The translations under genes and the position numbers were made by a program. Shown here one piece after another: positions 28,893-38,286 of a DNA stretch of 64,000 nt (the stretch's first letter is position 1; the number at the start of each line of letters is the position of its first letter). Under the pieces are notes generated by a model. It ran no database searches and was not told where the DNA came from. It saw nothing but the letters and a program-made list of their open reading frames with translations. The DNA is from Acidobacteriota bacterium (GTDB taxonomy: Bacteria > Acidobacteriota > Blastocatellia > RBC074), in NCBI GenBank assembly GCA_016789605.1, contig JAEUQO010000341.1, forward strand, positions 7,751-71,750, given 5' to 3'.

Positions 28893-29600
28893 ATGACTTT
28901 GACTTCACAAGCCTTTGCCAGCATTGATTTGAGCGAACTCAACATTCAACTGTTCCGGGATTTGCCGCCGGAACAGTTGAATGTGCTGGAAGAGTTCCTG
29001 CACCGCAAGAAATTTGCTGCCGACACAACGCTCATGACGGCGGAACAGGCTGGCGAAGTTGTGTATTTCATTGTCAGTGGCACGGTCAAGGTTCATATCG
29101 AACAGCCGGATGGCGGCGATGTGATTGTAGCGATTCTGGGGCCGGGAGACGTCGTGGGAGAAATGAGCGCTCTCGGCCAGCAAAACCGTTCTGCCAGCGT
29201 GGTGACGTTGGAAAGCTCGCTTCTGCTCTGGATGGATCGGGGCGCATTTCAAAGCTGTTTACGGAAAGTTCCCGGGTTGGCTTACAACCTTGCCTGCATT
29301 CTGGCGACCCGCATACGCAATGACAACGAAAAGATTCAGGCCTTGGCCACGCAATCGGTCGAAAGCCGCGTCGCCCGCCAAATTCTCTTTTTTGCCGATC
29401 AATATGGCCAGCCACAACCGGACGGCAGCATTTACGTCAATATTCGCCTGACGCAAAGCGATATGGCGTCACTCATTGGCGCTTCGCGTGAACACGTCAA
29501 CCGTGTGATGGTTTCTTACAAAGAGCGCGGATATCTTTCCATAGATCGCCAATTTCACCTCACGGTGCTGAATCCGGCGGCGCTGCTCAAACGCTGCTAA
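28893..29600 (+). CDS. Crp/Fnr-family transcriptional regulator
   Basis: It has a cNMP-binding beta-barrel (GPGDVVGEMSAL) and a C-terminal HTH (TQSDMASLIGASREHVNRVMVSY). Confidence 0.85.
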   Translation: MTLTSQAFASIDLSELNIQLFRDLPPEQLNVLEEFLHRKKFAADTTLMTAEQAGEVVYFIVSGTVKVHIEQPDGGDVIVAILGPGDVVGEMSALGQQNRSASVVTLESSLLLWMDRGAFQSCLRKVPGLAYNLACILATRIRNDNEKIQALATQSVESRVARQILFFADQYGQPQPDGSIYVNIRLTQSDMASLIGASREHVNRVMVSYKERGYLSIDRQFHLTVLNPAALLKRC

Positions 29601-30038
29601 CTCCTGTCATTTAAGTAATTACCGTCTCTGCGCCTTTCCTCTTTTGGTTGGGAAGGGCGGCCCTTGCCTGTTCATTCCCGCCCACTTCCGTTCTCTCTTT
29701 TTCTAATTTTCAGCCTGCTTTCAGGAGCGTGTGACCATTGTCACACTGGCCTTGTGACCAGTGACGTAACGGCATTTTCCCAACTCGGCTACTTTACGCG
29801 TGCAACGACAGAGAGAGAGAGAAGGAGGGAGGTAAGCGTCATGAAAAACGAAAACGAGATGATGAAAAGAACGACAGAACGCGACCTCCGGGAACACAAA
29901 AACGCTAGCTGGTTAGGAGGAGGCCAGCTAGCGGTTCCGACAACAGAAGCTAGCAAAACGATTGAGTTAATTAGCGTCACGTCAGCCAAGCAGGAAGAGG
30001 GAAATACGTCGTCAATGAAAGGAAAAGGAGTCACACCA

Positions 30039-30383
30039 ATGTCGCCCCGCCAAAATCGCCACCACAAATCTTTCGCGTCAATTGCCTGCCTCAGCTTACT
30101 TGCCATTTCCTTGTTGGCTGGAACAGCCAGCGCCAACACCTTTCAACAAGACGAACGCGCCCGCCAGAGCTATTTCTGGCAAACCGCCGATCAACGGCCA
30201 GACAATTTCAATACGCCGAGCCAACGTAGCCGGAAAGTGGAAGCGGAGGCGCCGAATACAACCCGCAAAGCGCAATTCAATGCCGTGCGTGGTGCTGAAT
30301 ACCAAACGCTGAGCTTTACGCGTGGCGGTAGCTTCAGCCCGCAAGTGCGGACGGTGCGGGCAGCAGCCATTCGTCGCCATTGA
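30039..30383 (+). CDS. Small secreted hypothetical protein (start uncertain)
   Basis: AAGGAG lies 8 nt upstream of ATG 30039 and gives the signal peptide MSPRQNRHHKSFASIACLSLLAISLLAGTASA. An alternative in-frame start at ATG 29841 also has a GGAGG upstream. Confidence 0.4.
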   Translation: MSPRQNRHHKSFASIACLSLLAISLLAGTASANTFQQDERARQSYFWQTADQRPDNFNTPSQRSRKVEAEAPNTTRKAQFNAVRGAEYQTLSFTRGGSFSPQVRTVRAAAIRRH

Positions 30384-30426
30384 TCGAGCAGGAGCTTTAC
30401 CAAACAACAGCCAACAATTCCTGAAT

Positions 30427-30487
30427 GAAAAAAGCTGGGGTGTAGAGATTGAACCGTGAGTTCAACCACTACACCCCAGCTTTTTTA
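30427..30487. terminator. Bidirectional Rho-independent terminator between convergent genes
   Basis: GAAAAAAGCTGGGGTGTAG...CTACACCCCAGCTTTTTT has a 13-bp perfect outer stem plus an inner TTGAAC/GTTCAA stem. It is flanked by an A-tract and a T-tract. Confidence 0.85.
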
Positions 30488-30507
30488 TTTGGCTTGGAAG
30501 CCAAGGC

Positions 30508-32883
30508 TTACTTTTTCCAGTCTGCCAATTTGGCAAACGGATTATTGAACGCACCTTTGCCCGGTGCGGGGGCAGGTTTGTCATCGCGCCGTTTTTGCGG
30601 TTTGCCTTGTTGCGGACGGCGAGGCTGATCGCCTGCCGGTTTTTCCGCCGCTTTGGCGCGCATTGTTTCAGCATCGCTTTTCATGGTCAGGGCGATCTGG
30701 TTTTTCTCCAGATTGACTTCGAGCACGCGCACGGTTACGCGGTCGCCTGGGCTGACCACATCACGCGGGTCTTTGACGAAGCGATCCGCCAATTGGGAAA
30801 TGTGTACCAAACCATCCTGATGGACGCCAATATCCACAAACGCGCCAAAATTCGTCACATTGGTCACGATGCCAGGACAAACCATGCCGGGTTGCAAATC
30901 GGAGACTTCGTGAATGTCTTCGCGGTAAGCAAAGGCCGAAAAGCCCTCGCGCGGATCGCGTCCCGGTTTGGCCAGTTCGGCGACAATGTCAGCAAACGTG
31001 AATTCGCCGACTTTGGCTTTGAACTCTTCGTCGTGTTTGACTAATTCGACGCCGTTGCCGGTCAATTCAACCACGCTTTTGCCCAATTTGGTCGCCAGGG
31101 ATTCCAGTTCGGGGTAGCGTTCCGGGTGAACGCCTGTGTTGTCGAGCGGATGGGTTGCATTCGGAATCCGCAAAAAGCCTGCGGCTTGCTCAAAGGTCTT
31201 TTTGGTGAAGCGGGGAATGTCCAGTAATTGCTGGCGCGAGGTGAACAGTCCGGCGGTCGAACGATGTTCGACGATCTTTTTCGCCATTGACGGGCCAATG
31301 CCTGATACGTGCGCCAGCAAATGATAGGACGCGGTGTTGAGATTCACGCCAACCGAGTTCACGCACACATCCACCACCAGATCGAGCGACTTTTTGAGCG
31401 CCGGTTGTGAAACATCGTGCTGATACTGACCGACACCGATACTTTTCGGATCAATTTTGACCAGTTCGGCCAGCGGGTCTTGCAAACGGCGGGCAATCGA
31501 AATCGCGCCGCGCACGGTGACATCCAGTTCGGGGAATTCTTCGCGGGCAGTTTCGCTGGCGCTGTAAATGCTCGCGCCGGATTCGTTGACCATCACGACT
31601 GGAACATTGTGACCAAATTCTTTCAGCGCTTCGCGGACAAAGGTTTCAGTTTCGCGTCCGGCGGTGCCATTGCCGACGGCGATGGCACGGATGTTGCCGT
31701 TTTTGATGGTTTCGTTGAGCAGCTTTTTCGCCTTTTCCTGTTCGTGGTTGGATTGCAGATACATCACTGTCGAGGCGATGAATTTGCCTGCATCATCTAC
31801 CACCGCCAGTTTGCAGCCGGTGCGAATGCCCGGGTCAACGCCCAACACGGCTTTGGCGCCGAAAGGCGCAGACAACAGCAATTTGCGCACGTTTTCGGCG
31901 AAAACCCTGATGGCGGCTTCGTCGGCGATTTCTTTCAGGTTGCGATGAACTTCAGTTTCGATGCTGGGCAGGACGTAGGCTTTCAAGGCGAGCCGAGAGG
32001 CTTTGCGCAGCACATCAGCGCCGGGCGCTTCTGCTACGGAGCAGGCCGCTGATTCGAATTGCGCGAGCAGGATTTGTTCGTACGAATCCACTGCGGCCTC
32101 GGCGGAAGCTTCCAGGCCTGCGGGCGCAGGCTGGCCGCCGATGGTCAATTGCAGCTCTTCTTCCATCCAACCGCGCCGCATGGCCAGATAGCGATGAGAG
32201 TTTTCCGGCTTGAGCAGGGATTCAATCGGCTCGAAGTAATCGAAATACCGTTCGTATTTGCTGTGTGGTTTTGCTTTTTCGGCTTTGCCCGTGCGCAAAT
32301 TGCCGCGCTCGAAAACGGTTTGCCGGGTGAATTCGCGCAGTTCCTGCGTTTCGGCCAGCCGTTCGGTCAGAATATCCTGTGCGCCAGCAATGGCCGTCGC
32401 AGCATCGTTGATGTTTTTTTCCGGGTTGTAAAACGCCAGGGCGTAAACGTCCAACGTCTGGCCGACTTCGGGCGTCACCGCGCCGTGTCCGCAATCCCAA
32501 ATCCAGTTGGCGAGCGGTTCCAAACCTGCTTCCTTGGCAATGGTTGCTTTGGTTTTGCGCTTTTGCTTGTAAGGCAGGTAAATGTCTTCGAGCGAATCGA
32601 GGTTGTAGGTCGAAAGAATTTTCTCTTTCAGCTCGTCGGTCAATTTGCCTTGCCGTTCGATTTCTTCGACGATGAACGCCTGACGTTTGATGATTTCGTC
32701 CCAGCGCTCTTTGGCGTCAATGGAAGTCTGGATGGCAACTTCGTCCAGATTGCCGGTTTGTTCTTTGCGATAGCGGGCGATGAAAGGGACGGTGCCGCCT
32801 TCTTCAACCAGCTTCAGCACGGCGAGTGCGGAAGGCACGGGGATGTCTGCGTGTAGCGATTGAAACCAGGATTCAAAAGTCAT
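30508..32883 (-). CDS. tex: Tex-like transcription accessory protein (YqgF/HhH/S1 domains)
   Basis: It has FIARYRKEQTGNLDE, a YqgF-like VLGVDPGIRTGCKLAVVD, and the C-terminal S1 domain GMVCPGIVTNVTNFGAFVDIGVHQDGLVHISQL. Confidence 0.9.
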   Translation of the reverse strand: MTFESWFQSLHADIPVPSALAVLKLVEEGGTVPFIARYRKEQTGNLDEVAIQTSIDAKERWDEIIKRQAFIVEEIERQGKLTDELKEKILSTYNLDSLEDIYLPYKQKRKTKATIAKEAGLEPLANWIWDCGHGAVTPEVGQTLDVYALAFYNPEKNINDAATAIAGAQDILTERLAETQELREFTRQTVFERGNLRTGKAEKAKPHSKYERYFDYFEPIESLLKPENSHRYLAMRRGWMEEELQLTIGGQPAPAGLEASAEAAVDSYEQILLAQFESAACSVAEAPGADVLRKASRLALKAYVLPSIETEVHRNLKEIADEAAIRVFAENVRKLLLSAPFGAKAVLGVDPGIRTGCKLAVVDDAGKFIASTVMYLQSNHEQEKAKKLLNETIKNGNIRAIAVGNGTAGRETETFVREALKEFGHNVPVVMVNESGASIYSASETAREEFPELDVTVRGAISIARRLQDPLAELVKIDPKSIGVGQYQHDVSQPALKKSLDLVVDVCVNSVGVNLNTASYHLLAHVSGIGPSMAKKIVEHRSTAGLFTSRQQLLDIPRFTKKTFEQAAGFLRIPNATHPLDNTGVHPERYPELESLATKLGKSVVELTGNGVELVKHDEEFKAKVGEFTFADIVAELAKPGRDPREGFSAFAYREDIHEVSDLQPGMVCPGIVTNVTNFGAFVDIGVHQDGLVHISQLADRFVKDPRDVVSPGDRVTVRVLEVNLEKNQIALTMKSDAETMRAKAAEKPAGDQPRRPQQGKPQKRRDDKPAPAPGKGAFNNPFAKLADWKK

Positions 32884-32891
32884 CGGATTGC

Positions 32892-33434
32892 TTAACGAAG
32901 GTTGGAGGTTTTGCGAACCATACGCAGGACGGATTCTTCCTGCGTTAGTTGGTGAATGTTTTCCAGCGGCACCCAGGCCAGCGATTTCGATTCGCTGGAA
33001 ACGGTCAAGGGCGCGTGGCGATCAGCGGTGAAAAGAAAACGTATGTCGTAATGAAAGTGTGCCGGGTCTTTGGCATTTGCCGGGATCTCGTGGACATCCA
33101 CATCAAAAATGTGGGGCGTGAGCGGCTGAACATCCGTCAAGCCGGATTCCTCGCGCGCTTCGCGCCAGGATGCGCTCAACAAATCGGGATCGTTTTCCAC
33201 ATGACCGCCAAGTTGAACCCACAGGTTGAGTTTTCCGTGATGGGTGAGCAGGGCTGCGGCGCGTTCGTGGTCTATGACCCAGGCCGAACCGGTCAGATGG
33301 CCGACTTCCAGCGTGCGCGAGTGGCAATTTTCATAGGCGCGCACAAAATCCTTGATGCGTTGCAACAGATCAGCTTCGCGCTGATCGAATGGGTGATGCG
33401 CGTCGAGTTGTTGCAGAATGTGTGCTTGTTTCAT
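32892..33434 (-). CDS. NUDIX hydrolase
   Basis: The Nudix box is GGHVENDPDLLSASWREAREESGL. The gene ends 8 nt upstream of tex on the same strand. Confidence 0.85.
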   Translation of the reverse strand: MKQAHILQQLDAHHPFDQREADLLQRIKDFVRAYENCHSRTLEVGHLTGSAWVIDHERAAALLTHHGKLNLWVQLGGHVENDPDLLSASWREAREESGLTDVQPLTPHIFDVDVHEIPANAKDPAHFHYDIRFLFTADRHAPLTVSSESKSLAWVPLENIHQLTQEESVLRMVRKTSNLR

Positions 33435-33638
33435 GCGTTGGGAATCTATCGGTGTGCCCCTTTCAGGCGGGCAGGGCGGATGTTAATCGCCCGCTGAATT
33501 TCTTGCAACGGACTTTTTCTTTTGAACGTCTCTAGCTTAGCGATTTAACTTCGCGTATCCATGTCTAGTACAATCAAGATTTGATTCATCATCCCAAACA
33601 GGAATCCATCTTCTTTGCGGGGAACAGGTTAGGACTTT

Positions 33639-36600
33639 ATGCAGAAGCTTGCGGAAATCTGTATTCAACGCCCGGTCTTTGCGGCAATGATCATTTTGGC
33701 GCTGGTTGTGGTCGGCGCCGACAGTTATTTCAAACTGGGAGTTGACCGCTTCCCTTCGATTGACGTGCCCACGATTTACATTCGGACCAGCTTGCCCGGC
33801 GCTTCTCCTGAAGAGATGGAAGCCTCGGTTGCCCAGCCGATCGAAGAAGTGGTTAACCGCGTCGAGGGCATTGAGCAGTTGCGCTCGGTTTCACGTCAGG
33901 GCGCTGCCTTCATTATTTTGACGTTTGATTTGAACCGCGATATTGACGCCGCCGCGCAAGACGTGCGCGACCGCGTGCAGTCTGTGTTGCGGGAATTGCC
34001 CCCCGGCACCGATCCGCCCACCGTCAACAAATCCGATAGCGATTCCCAGCCGGTGATGACCATTTCGTTGTCGGGCAACCGTTCGCAACGCGAGTTGGCC
34101 GAAATCGCCGACAAGCGTGTCAAGGTTGAACTGGAACGCTCTGCGGGCGTCGGCGAAGTGTTTATCAACGGCGGACCGAATCGCGCCATCAACGTCTGGG
34201 CCGATGCCGACCGGCTGGCTGCCTACCGGATTCCGATTACACAGGTGCAACAGGCTCTGGTACGCCAGAACGCCGAATTGCCCGGCGGCAACGTGGATCA
34301 GGGGCGTCGCGAACTGACCTTGCGCACGATGGGGCGCGTCATGAAGCCGGAAGATTTCAGCGAATTGGTCGTCAGCCAGATCAATGGTGCGCCCATTCGC
34401 GTCAAAGACATTGGCTATGTGACGGACGGCACCAAAGAGCAGCGCTCGCTGGCGCGGCTGAATGGCGTGCCTTCGGTTTCGCTGGGAATCATCCGCCAAT
34501 CTGGCTCCAACACTGTCGCGGTGATCGAAGAAGTAAAGAAGAAGCTGGACCGGTTAGAGCAGCAACTGCCCGCAGACATCCACCTGGAGGTCATCCAGGA
34601 CCAATCTCGCTACATTTATAACGCGCTGCACGAAATCAACGTCCACCTTGTCCTGGGCAGTATCCTGGCCTGTTTGGTCGTGTTGCTGTTTATGCGCTCC
34701 TGGCGCTCGACAGTGATCGCGGGCGTAGCGATTCCCACGTCAGTGGTCGCCACTTTCGGGTTGATGCGTGCGCTGGATTTCACGCTGAACAGTGTGACGA
34801 TGCTGGCGTTGGTGTTGATGGTCGGTATCGTGATTGACGACGCCATCGTGGTGCTGGAAAACATCTTCCGCTTTGTCGAAGAGAAGAAGATGCATCCGAT
34901 GGAGGCCGCCAAAGAAGCAACCAAGGAAATCGGTCTGGCGGTTATGGCGACGACCTTATCGCTGGTCGTGATCTTCTTGCCCGTCGGATTTATGAGTTCG
35001 ATTTCGGGGCGTTTTCTGTATCAATTCGCCTGGACAGCCGCTTTCGCCATCATGATCAGCTTGCTGGTCTCGTTCACGCTGACGCCGATGATGAGCGCAC
35101 GGTTGTTGCGCGCGGATGACGCCAAAGGACACGATGACGCACATTCCAGAGGCGGGTTTTATGGGTACATTGACCGCAGCTATACCTGGATGTTGCGCTT
35201 GGTGATGCGCCATCGAATCGTGATGTTGTTGCTTGCCATCGGCGTGATCGCCTCGTCGAGTTATTTTTACCGGCAGGTGCGCCAGGAATACATTCCTTCG
35301 AACGTGGACGAAGGCGAATTTACCGTTAACCTCAACGCGCCTGAAGGCACCAGCTTGATGGCCATGAACGAGGCGATGGAAGCGGTCGAAAAAGACCTGC
35401 GCGAATTTCCTGAAATCAAATTGATGCTGGCTGCAGTCGGCGGCGGCATGGGCTTTTCCAGTTCGATCAACAATGGTGACATTTATGTGCGTATGGCTCC
35501 GCACGAAGAGCGCACGATCAATTTCACCAAGTTTTGGAAAGGATTGAAGCAGGGCAAGCCGATGGCGGTGTTTGAAGGCAATTACACCGCGCGTGACCTG
35601 ATGCAGAAGATTCGTGTGAAGCTGCGCAAATACACGCATTTGCGCCCCAGCGTGCGCAATCCGCAATCCATCAACCTGGGCACTGGGCCATCGGATTTGG
35701 ATTTCTCGTTGCGTGGCCCCGATCTGATGACGCTGTATGAGAACGCCAACAAAATGCGTGAATGGGGCGCGCAAAACGGGTTGCTTGACCCGGACGTGAC
35801 GCTGAAACTCGATAAACCCGAATTGCGCGTGCAAATTGATCGCGCACGGGCGGCTGACCTGGGCGTAGATACGACGGATATTGCCACGGCGTTGCGTTTG
35901 ATGGTTGGCGGCAATGACCGCGTGTCGCGGTATCGCGACGAAGACCTAAATGAAGATTACGACGTTGAATTGCGGTTGAAACAGGGCGATCGCAATGATC
36001 CGGCCACCATCGGCACATTGTTTGTGCCGTCAAGCAAGGCCGGATTGGTGCGTCTCGATAATTTGGTGACGATGCAAGCGACCACTGCGCCTTCGCGTAT
36101 TGACCGCCTGGATCGTCAGCGTGTGGTGGGGGTGCGCGCTTCGATTGCCCCTGGTTTTGGGCTGCGTGACCGCATTGACGCGATGCGCGATCAATTCAGC
36201 AAGCTTGGCTTGCCTGCGGAATACAACGTGACCATCGGCGGTCGCGGTCGTGAGTTGGAACGCACCTTCGGCGAATTCATCCTCGCGTTTATGTTGTCGG
36301 TCGCTTTCATGTACATGATTCTGGCGTCGCAATTTGAAAGCGTGATTCACCCGGTGACGATTCTGCTCAGCTTGCCGCTGTCAGTGCCGTTTGCGTTGCT
36401 TTCGTTGTGGGCGACTGCTGATACGCTGAATTTGTATTCAGCGCTCGGCATTCTGGTGTTGTTCGGGGTGGTCAAGAAGAACTCGATTTTGCAGATTGAC
36501 CATACGTTGAATTTGCGCCGTGCGGGATACGGTCGTGACGATGCGATCATTCAAGCCAACCGTGACCGTTTGCGTCCGATTCTGATGACGACGCTGGCTT

Positions 36601-36899
36601 TGGTGGCTGGCATGTTGCCGTTGGCAGTGGGCAGCGGACCCGGCGCAGAAGAACGCCGGTCTATCGCCACGGTGGTTATCGGTGGTCAGACGTTGTCGCT
36701 GCTGCTGACGTTGTTGGTTACGCCGGTGGCGTATTCAGTGTTTGACGACATCGGCGCCTGGTTCCGGCGACGTTTTCCGTCGCGGCAATCGACAGACGGC
36801 AAGACACCGCCTTCTGCTAAAACTCCTGTCACGCCAACCGGCAACGACGTACCTGATCTGCCGCCAGTGACCATTGCGCGCAGTGAAGCCGGCGATTAG
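33639..36899 (+). CDS. RND efflux transporter permease subunit (AcrB/HAE family)
   Basis: The 1086 aa show the 12-TM/2-large-loop RND layout (MQKLAEICIQRPVFAAMIILALVV, IVIDDAIVVLENIFRF, SLPLSVPFALL). No adjacent membrane-fusion or outer-membrane partner lies in the window. Confidence 0.92.
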   Translation: MQKLAEICIQRPVFAAMIILALVVVGADSYFKLGVDRFPSIDVPTIYIRTSLPGASPEEMEASVAQPIEEVVNRVEGIEQLRSVSRQGAAFIILTFDLNRDIDAAAQDVRDRVQSVLRELPPGTDPPTVNKSDSDSQPVMTISLSGNRSQRELAEIADKRVKVELERSAGVGEVFINGGPNRAINVWADADRLAAYRIPITQVQQALVRQNAELPGGNVDQGRRELTLRTMGRVMKPEDFSELVVSQINGAPIRVKDIGYVTDGTKEQRSLARLNGVPSVSLGIIRQSGSNTVAVIEEVKKKLDRLEQQLPADIHLEVIQDQSRYIYNALHEINVHLVLGSILACLVVLLFMRSWRSTVIAGVAIPTSVVATFGLMRALDFTLNSVTMLALVLMVGIVIDDAIVVLENIFRFVEEKKMHPMEAAKEATKEIGLAVMATTLSLVVIFLPVGFMSSISGRFLYQFAWTAAFAIMISLLVSFTLTPMMSARLLRADDAKGHDDAHSRGGFYGYIDRSYTWMLRLVMRHRIVMLLLAIGVIASSSYFYRQVRQEYIPSNVDEGEFTVNLNAPEGTSLMAMNEAMEAVEKDLREFPEIKLMLAAVGGGMGFSSSINNGDIYVRMAPHEERTINFTKFWKGLKQGKPMAVFEGNYTARDLMQKIRVKLRKYTHLRPSVRNPQSINLGTGPSDLDFSLRGPDLMTLYENANKMREWGAQNGLLDPDVTLKLDKPELRVQIDRARAADLGVDTTDIATALRLMVGGNDRVSRYRDEDLNEDYDVELRLKQGDRNDPATIGTLFVPSSKAGLVRLDNLVTMQATTAPSRIDRLDRQRVVGVRASIAPGFGLRDRIDAMRDQFSKLGLPAEYNVTIGGRGRELERTFGEFILAFMLSVAFMYMILASQFESVIHPVTILLSLPLSVPFALLSLWATADTLNLYSALGILVLFGVVKKNSILQIDHTLNLRRAGYGRDDAIIQANRDRLRPILMTTLALVAGMLPLAVGSGPGAEERRSIATVVIGGQTLSLLLTLLVTPVAYSVFDDIGAWFRRRFPSRQSTDGKTPPSAKTPVTPTGNDVPDLPPVTIARSEAGD

Positions 36900-36924
36900 C
36901 CGCTTCTGCTCGTGCTGAAATGAC

Positions 36925-36985
36925 ACGGGGAGTTTGCGCTTGCTGCCAAGCTGATTCGTCAGCGCCGCGCGCGCAAACTCCCCGT
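36925..36985 (+). terminator. Hairpin terminator after the RND gene
   Basis: ACGGGGAGTTTGCGC (36925-36939) pairs with GCGCAAACTCCCCGT (36971-36985) as a 15-bp perfect stem. It is followed by ACGTATTTTGTGTT. Confidence 0.6.
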
Positions 36986-37112
36986 ACGTATTTTGTGTTC
37001 AATTGGCGCGTAATTTTGTTGGTGCGTAGTTGCCAAATCATGAGCACTGCGGTAGAACTCTCGCCGTCTTCGCTTTCCATCAACAGATACATTCTCTCAA
37101 CGGAGGTTCCAG

Positions 37113-38201
37113 ATGACTCGACCGGACCGTGACCGCCTGAGTCGCCGTCACTTTCTGCAGGGAGTGGCTTGCACCGCCACAGCTTCTGCATTTACGTCAA
37201 GCAGTCTTTTTTCCGCACTCGCGGCGTACAAGGCAGACGATAAACCGCTCATTGTTGGCGCAGGCAACCATCGCTATGAATGGGTGCGCGGGTGGGGGCA
37301 ATTGCCCGCAGGCATGAAATACGGCAGCACACATGGCGGCGTGGTTGTTGATGCACAAAACCACATTTACTTCAGCACGGACGGCGATCAGTCCATCATC
37401 GTGCTGGATCAGGCAGGCAAGCACGTGCGCTCAATCGGCAAAGAGTGGAAGCCAGACAAAGACGGAAACGGCACGCACGACATGCAATTGCACCGCGAAG
37501 GCAGGCAGGAATTCATTTATCTGGTCAGTCTGTTTCGCAATGAATTCGCCAAAATCACGCTGACCGGCGAAATCGTGTGGGTCAAAGGCTTTCCCGAACA
37601 ATCCGGTATTTACAAGGCGAAAACCGAATTCAAACCGACCGGCATCACGGTCGCTCCGAACGGCGATTTTTATGTAACGGACGGTTATGGCGCGAATTAT
37701 GTTCACCGTTACAACGCCAAAGGCGAATATCTGAGCTCCTGGGGGGGCAAGAGCACGGCGGCCAAAGAAGACGGCAAATTCAGCACGCCGCACAAGATCA
37801 TCATTGATGAACGTGGCAAAACGCCGACCGTGTTGGTGACCGACCGTGCCAATCATCGGTTGCAATGGTTCACGCTGGAAGGCAAACACATCAAAACGCT
37901 CGACGGCACCGACAACGACTTTTTGCGTTTGCCATCCGTGCTCAACATTCGCGGCGGCGATGTCGCCATCGGCGATCTGAAAGGCCGCGTGACCATTCTG
38001 GACAAAGACAACAAGTTGGTCACGCACATCGGCGATAGCGGCGACGCCAAAAAACAGGCGACCAATCGCATCACGCCCGATCAGTGGGTGGATGGGCAAT
38101 TCATCGCCGCGCACGGATTGAGCTGGGATAAACAGGGAAATCTGTATGTCGCAGAGTGGAACCTTTCCGGTCGCGTCGTGAAATTGAAACGCCTGAAATA
38201 G
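37113..38201 (+). CDS. Tat-exported NHL-repeat beta-propeller protein
   Basis: GGAGG lies 6 nt upstream. The twin-arginine signal is SRRHFLQGVACTATASAF. NHL-like blades repeat (GITVAPNGDFYVTDGYGANYVHRYN, VLVTDRANHRLQWF, GLSWDKQGNLYVAEW). Confidence 0.8.
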   Translation: MTRPDRDRLSRRHFLQGVACTATASAFTSSSLFSALAAYKADDKPLIVGAGNHRYEWVRGWGQLPAGMKYGSTHGGVVVDAQNHIYFSTDGDQSIIVLDQAGKHVRSIGKEWKPDKDGNGTHDMQLHREGRQEFIYLVSLFRNEFAKITLTGEIVWVKGFPEQSGIYKAKTEFKPTGITVAPNGDFYVTDGYGANYVHRYNAKGEYLSSWGGKSTAAKEDGKFSTPHKIIIDERGKTPTVLVTDRANHRLQWFTLEGKHIKTLDGTDNDFLRLPSVLNIRGGDVAIGDLKGRVTILDKDNKLVTHIGDSGDAKKQATNRITPDQWVDGQFIAAHGLSWDKQGNLYVAEWNLSGRVVKLKRLK

Positions 38202-38286
38202 TCCGCGCCAGGTTTTCGGCAAACCGTTAATTCGATAAAGCGGCGCATTGTCAAAAGCAGTGCGCCGCCTTCTTTACTTTGGGAAT

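Noticed and set aside
31417-32856. Plus-strand ORFs 31417..32052 and 32059..32856 (211 and 265 aa).
   Set aside because: They are antisense to tex, whose translation carries unambiguous YqgF/HhH/S1 motifs. Their own translations are F/G/R-rich with no motifs.
37431-38222. Minus-strand ORF of 263 aa.
   Set aside because: It is antisense to the Tat-signal NHL-repeat gene, which has an RBS, a twin-arginine motif and repeated blades.
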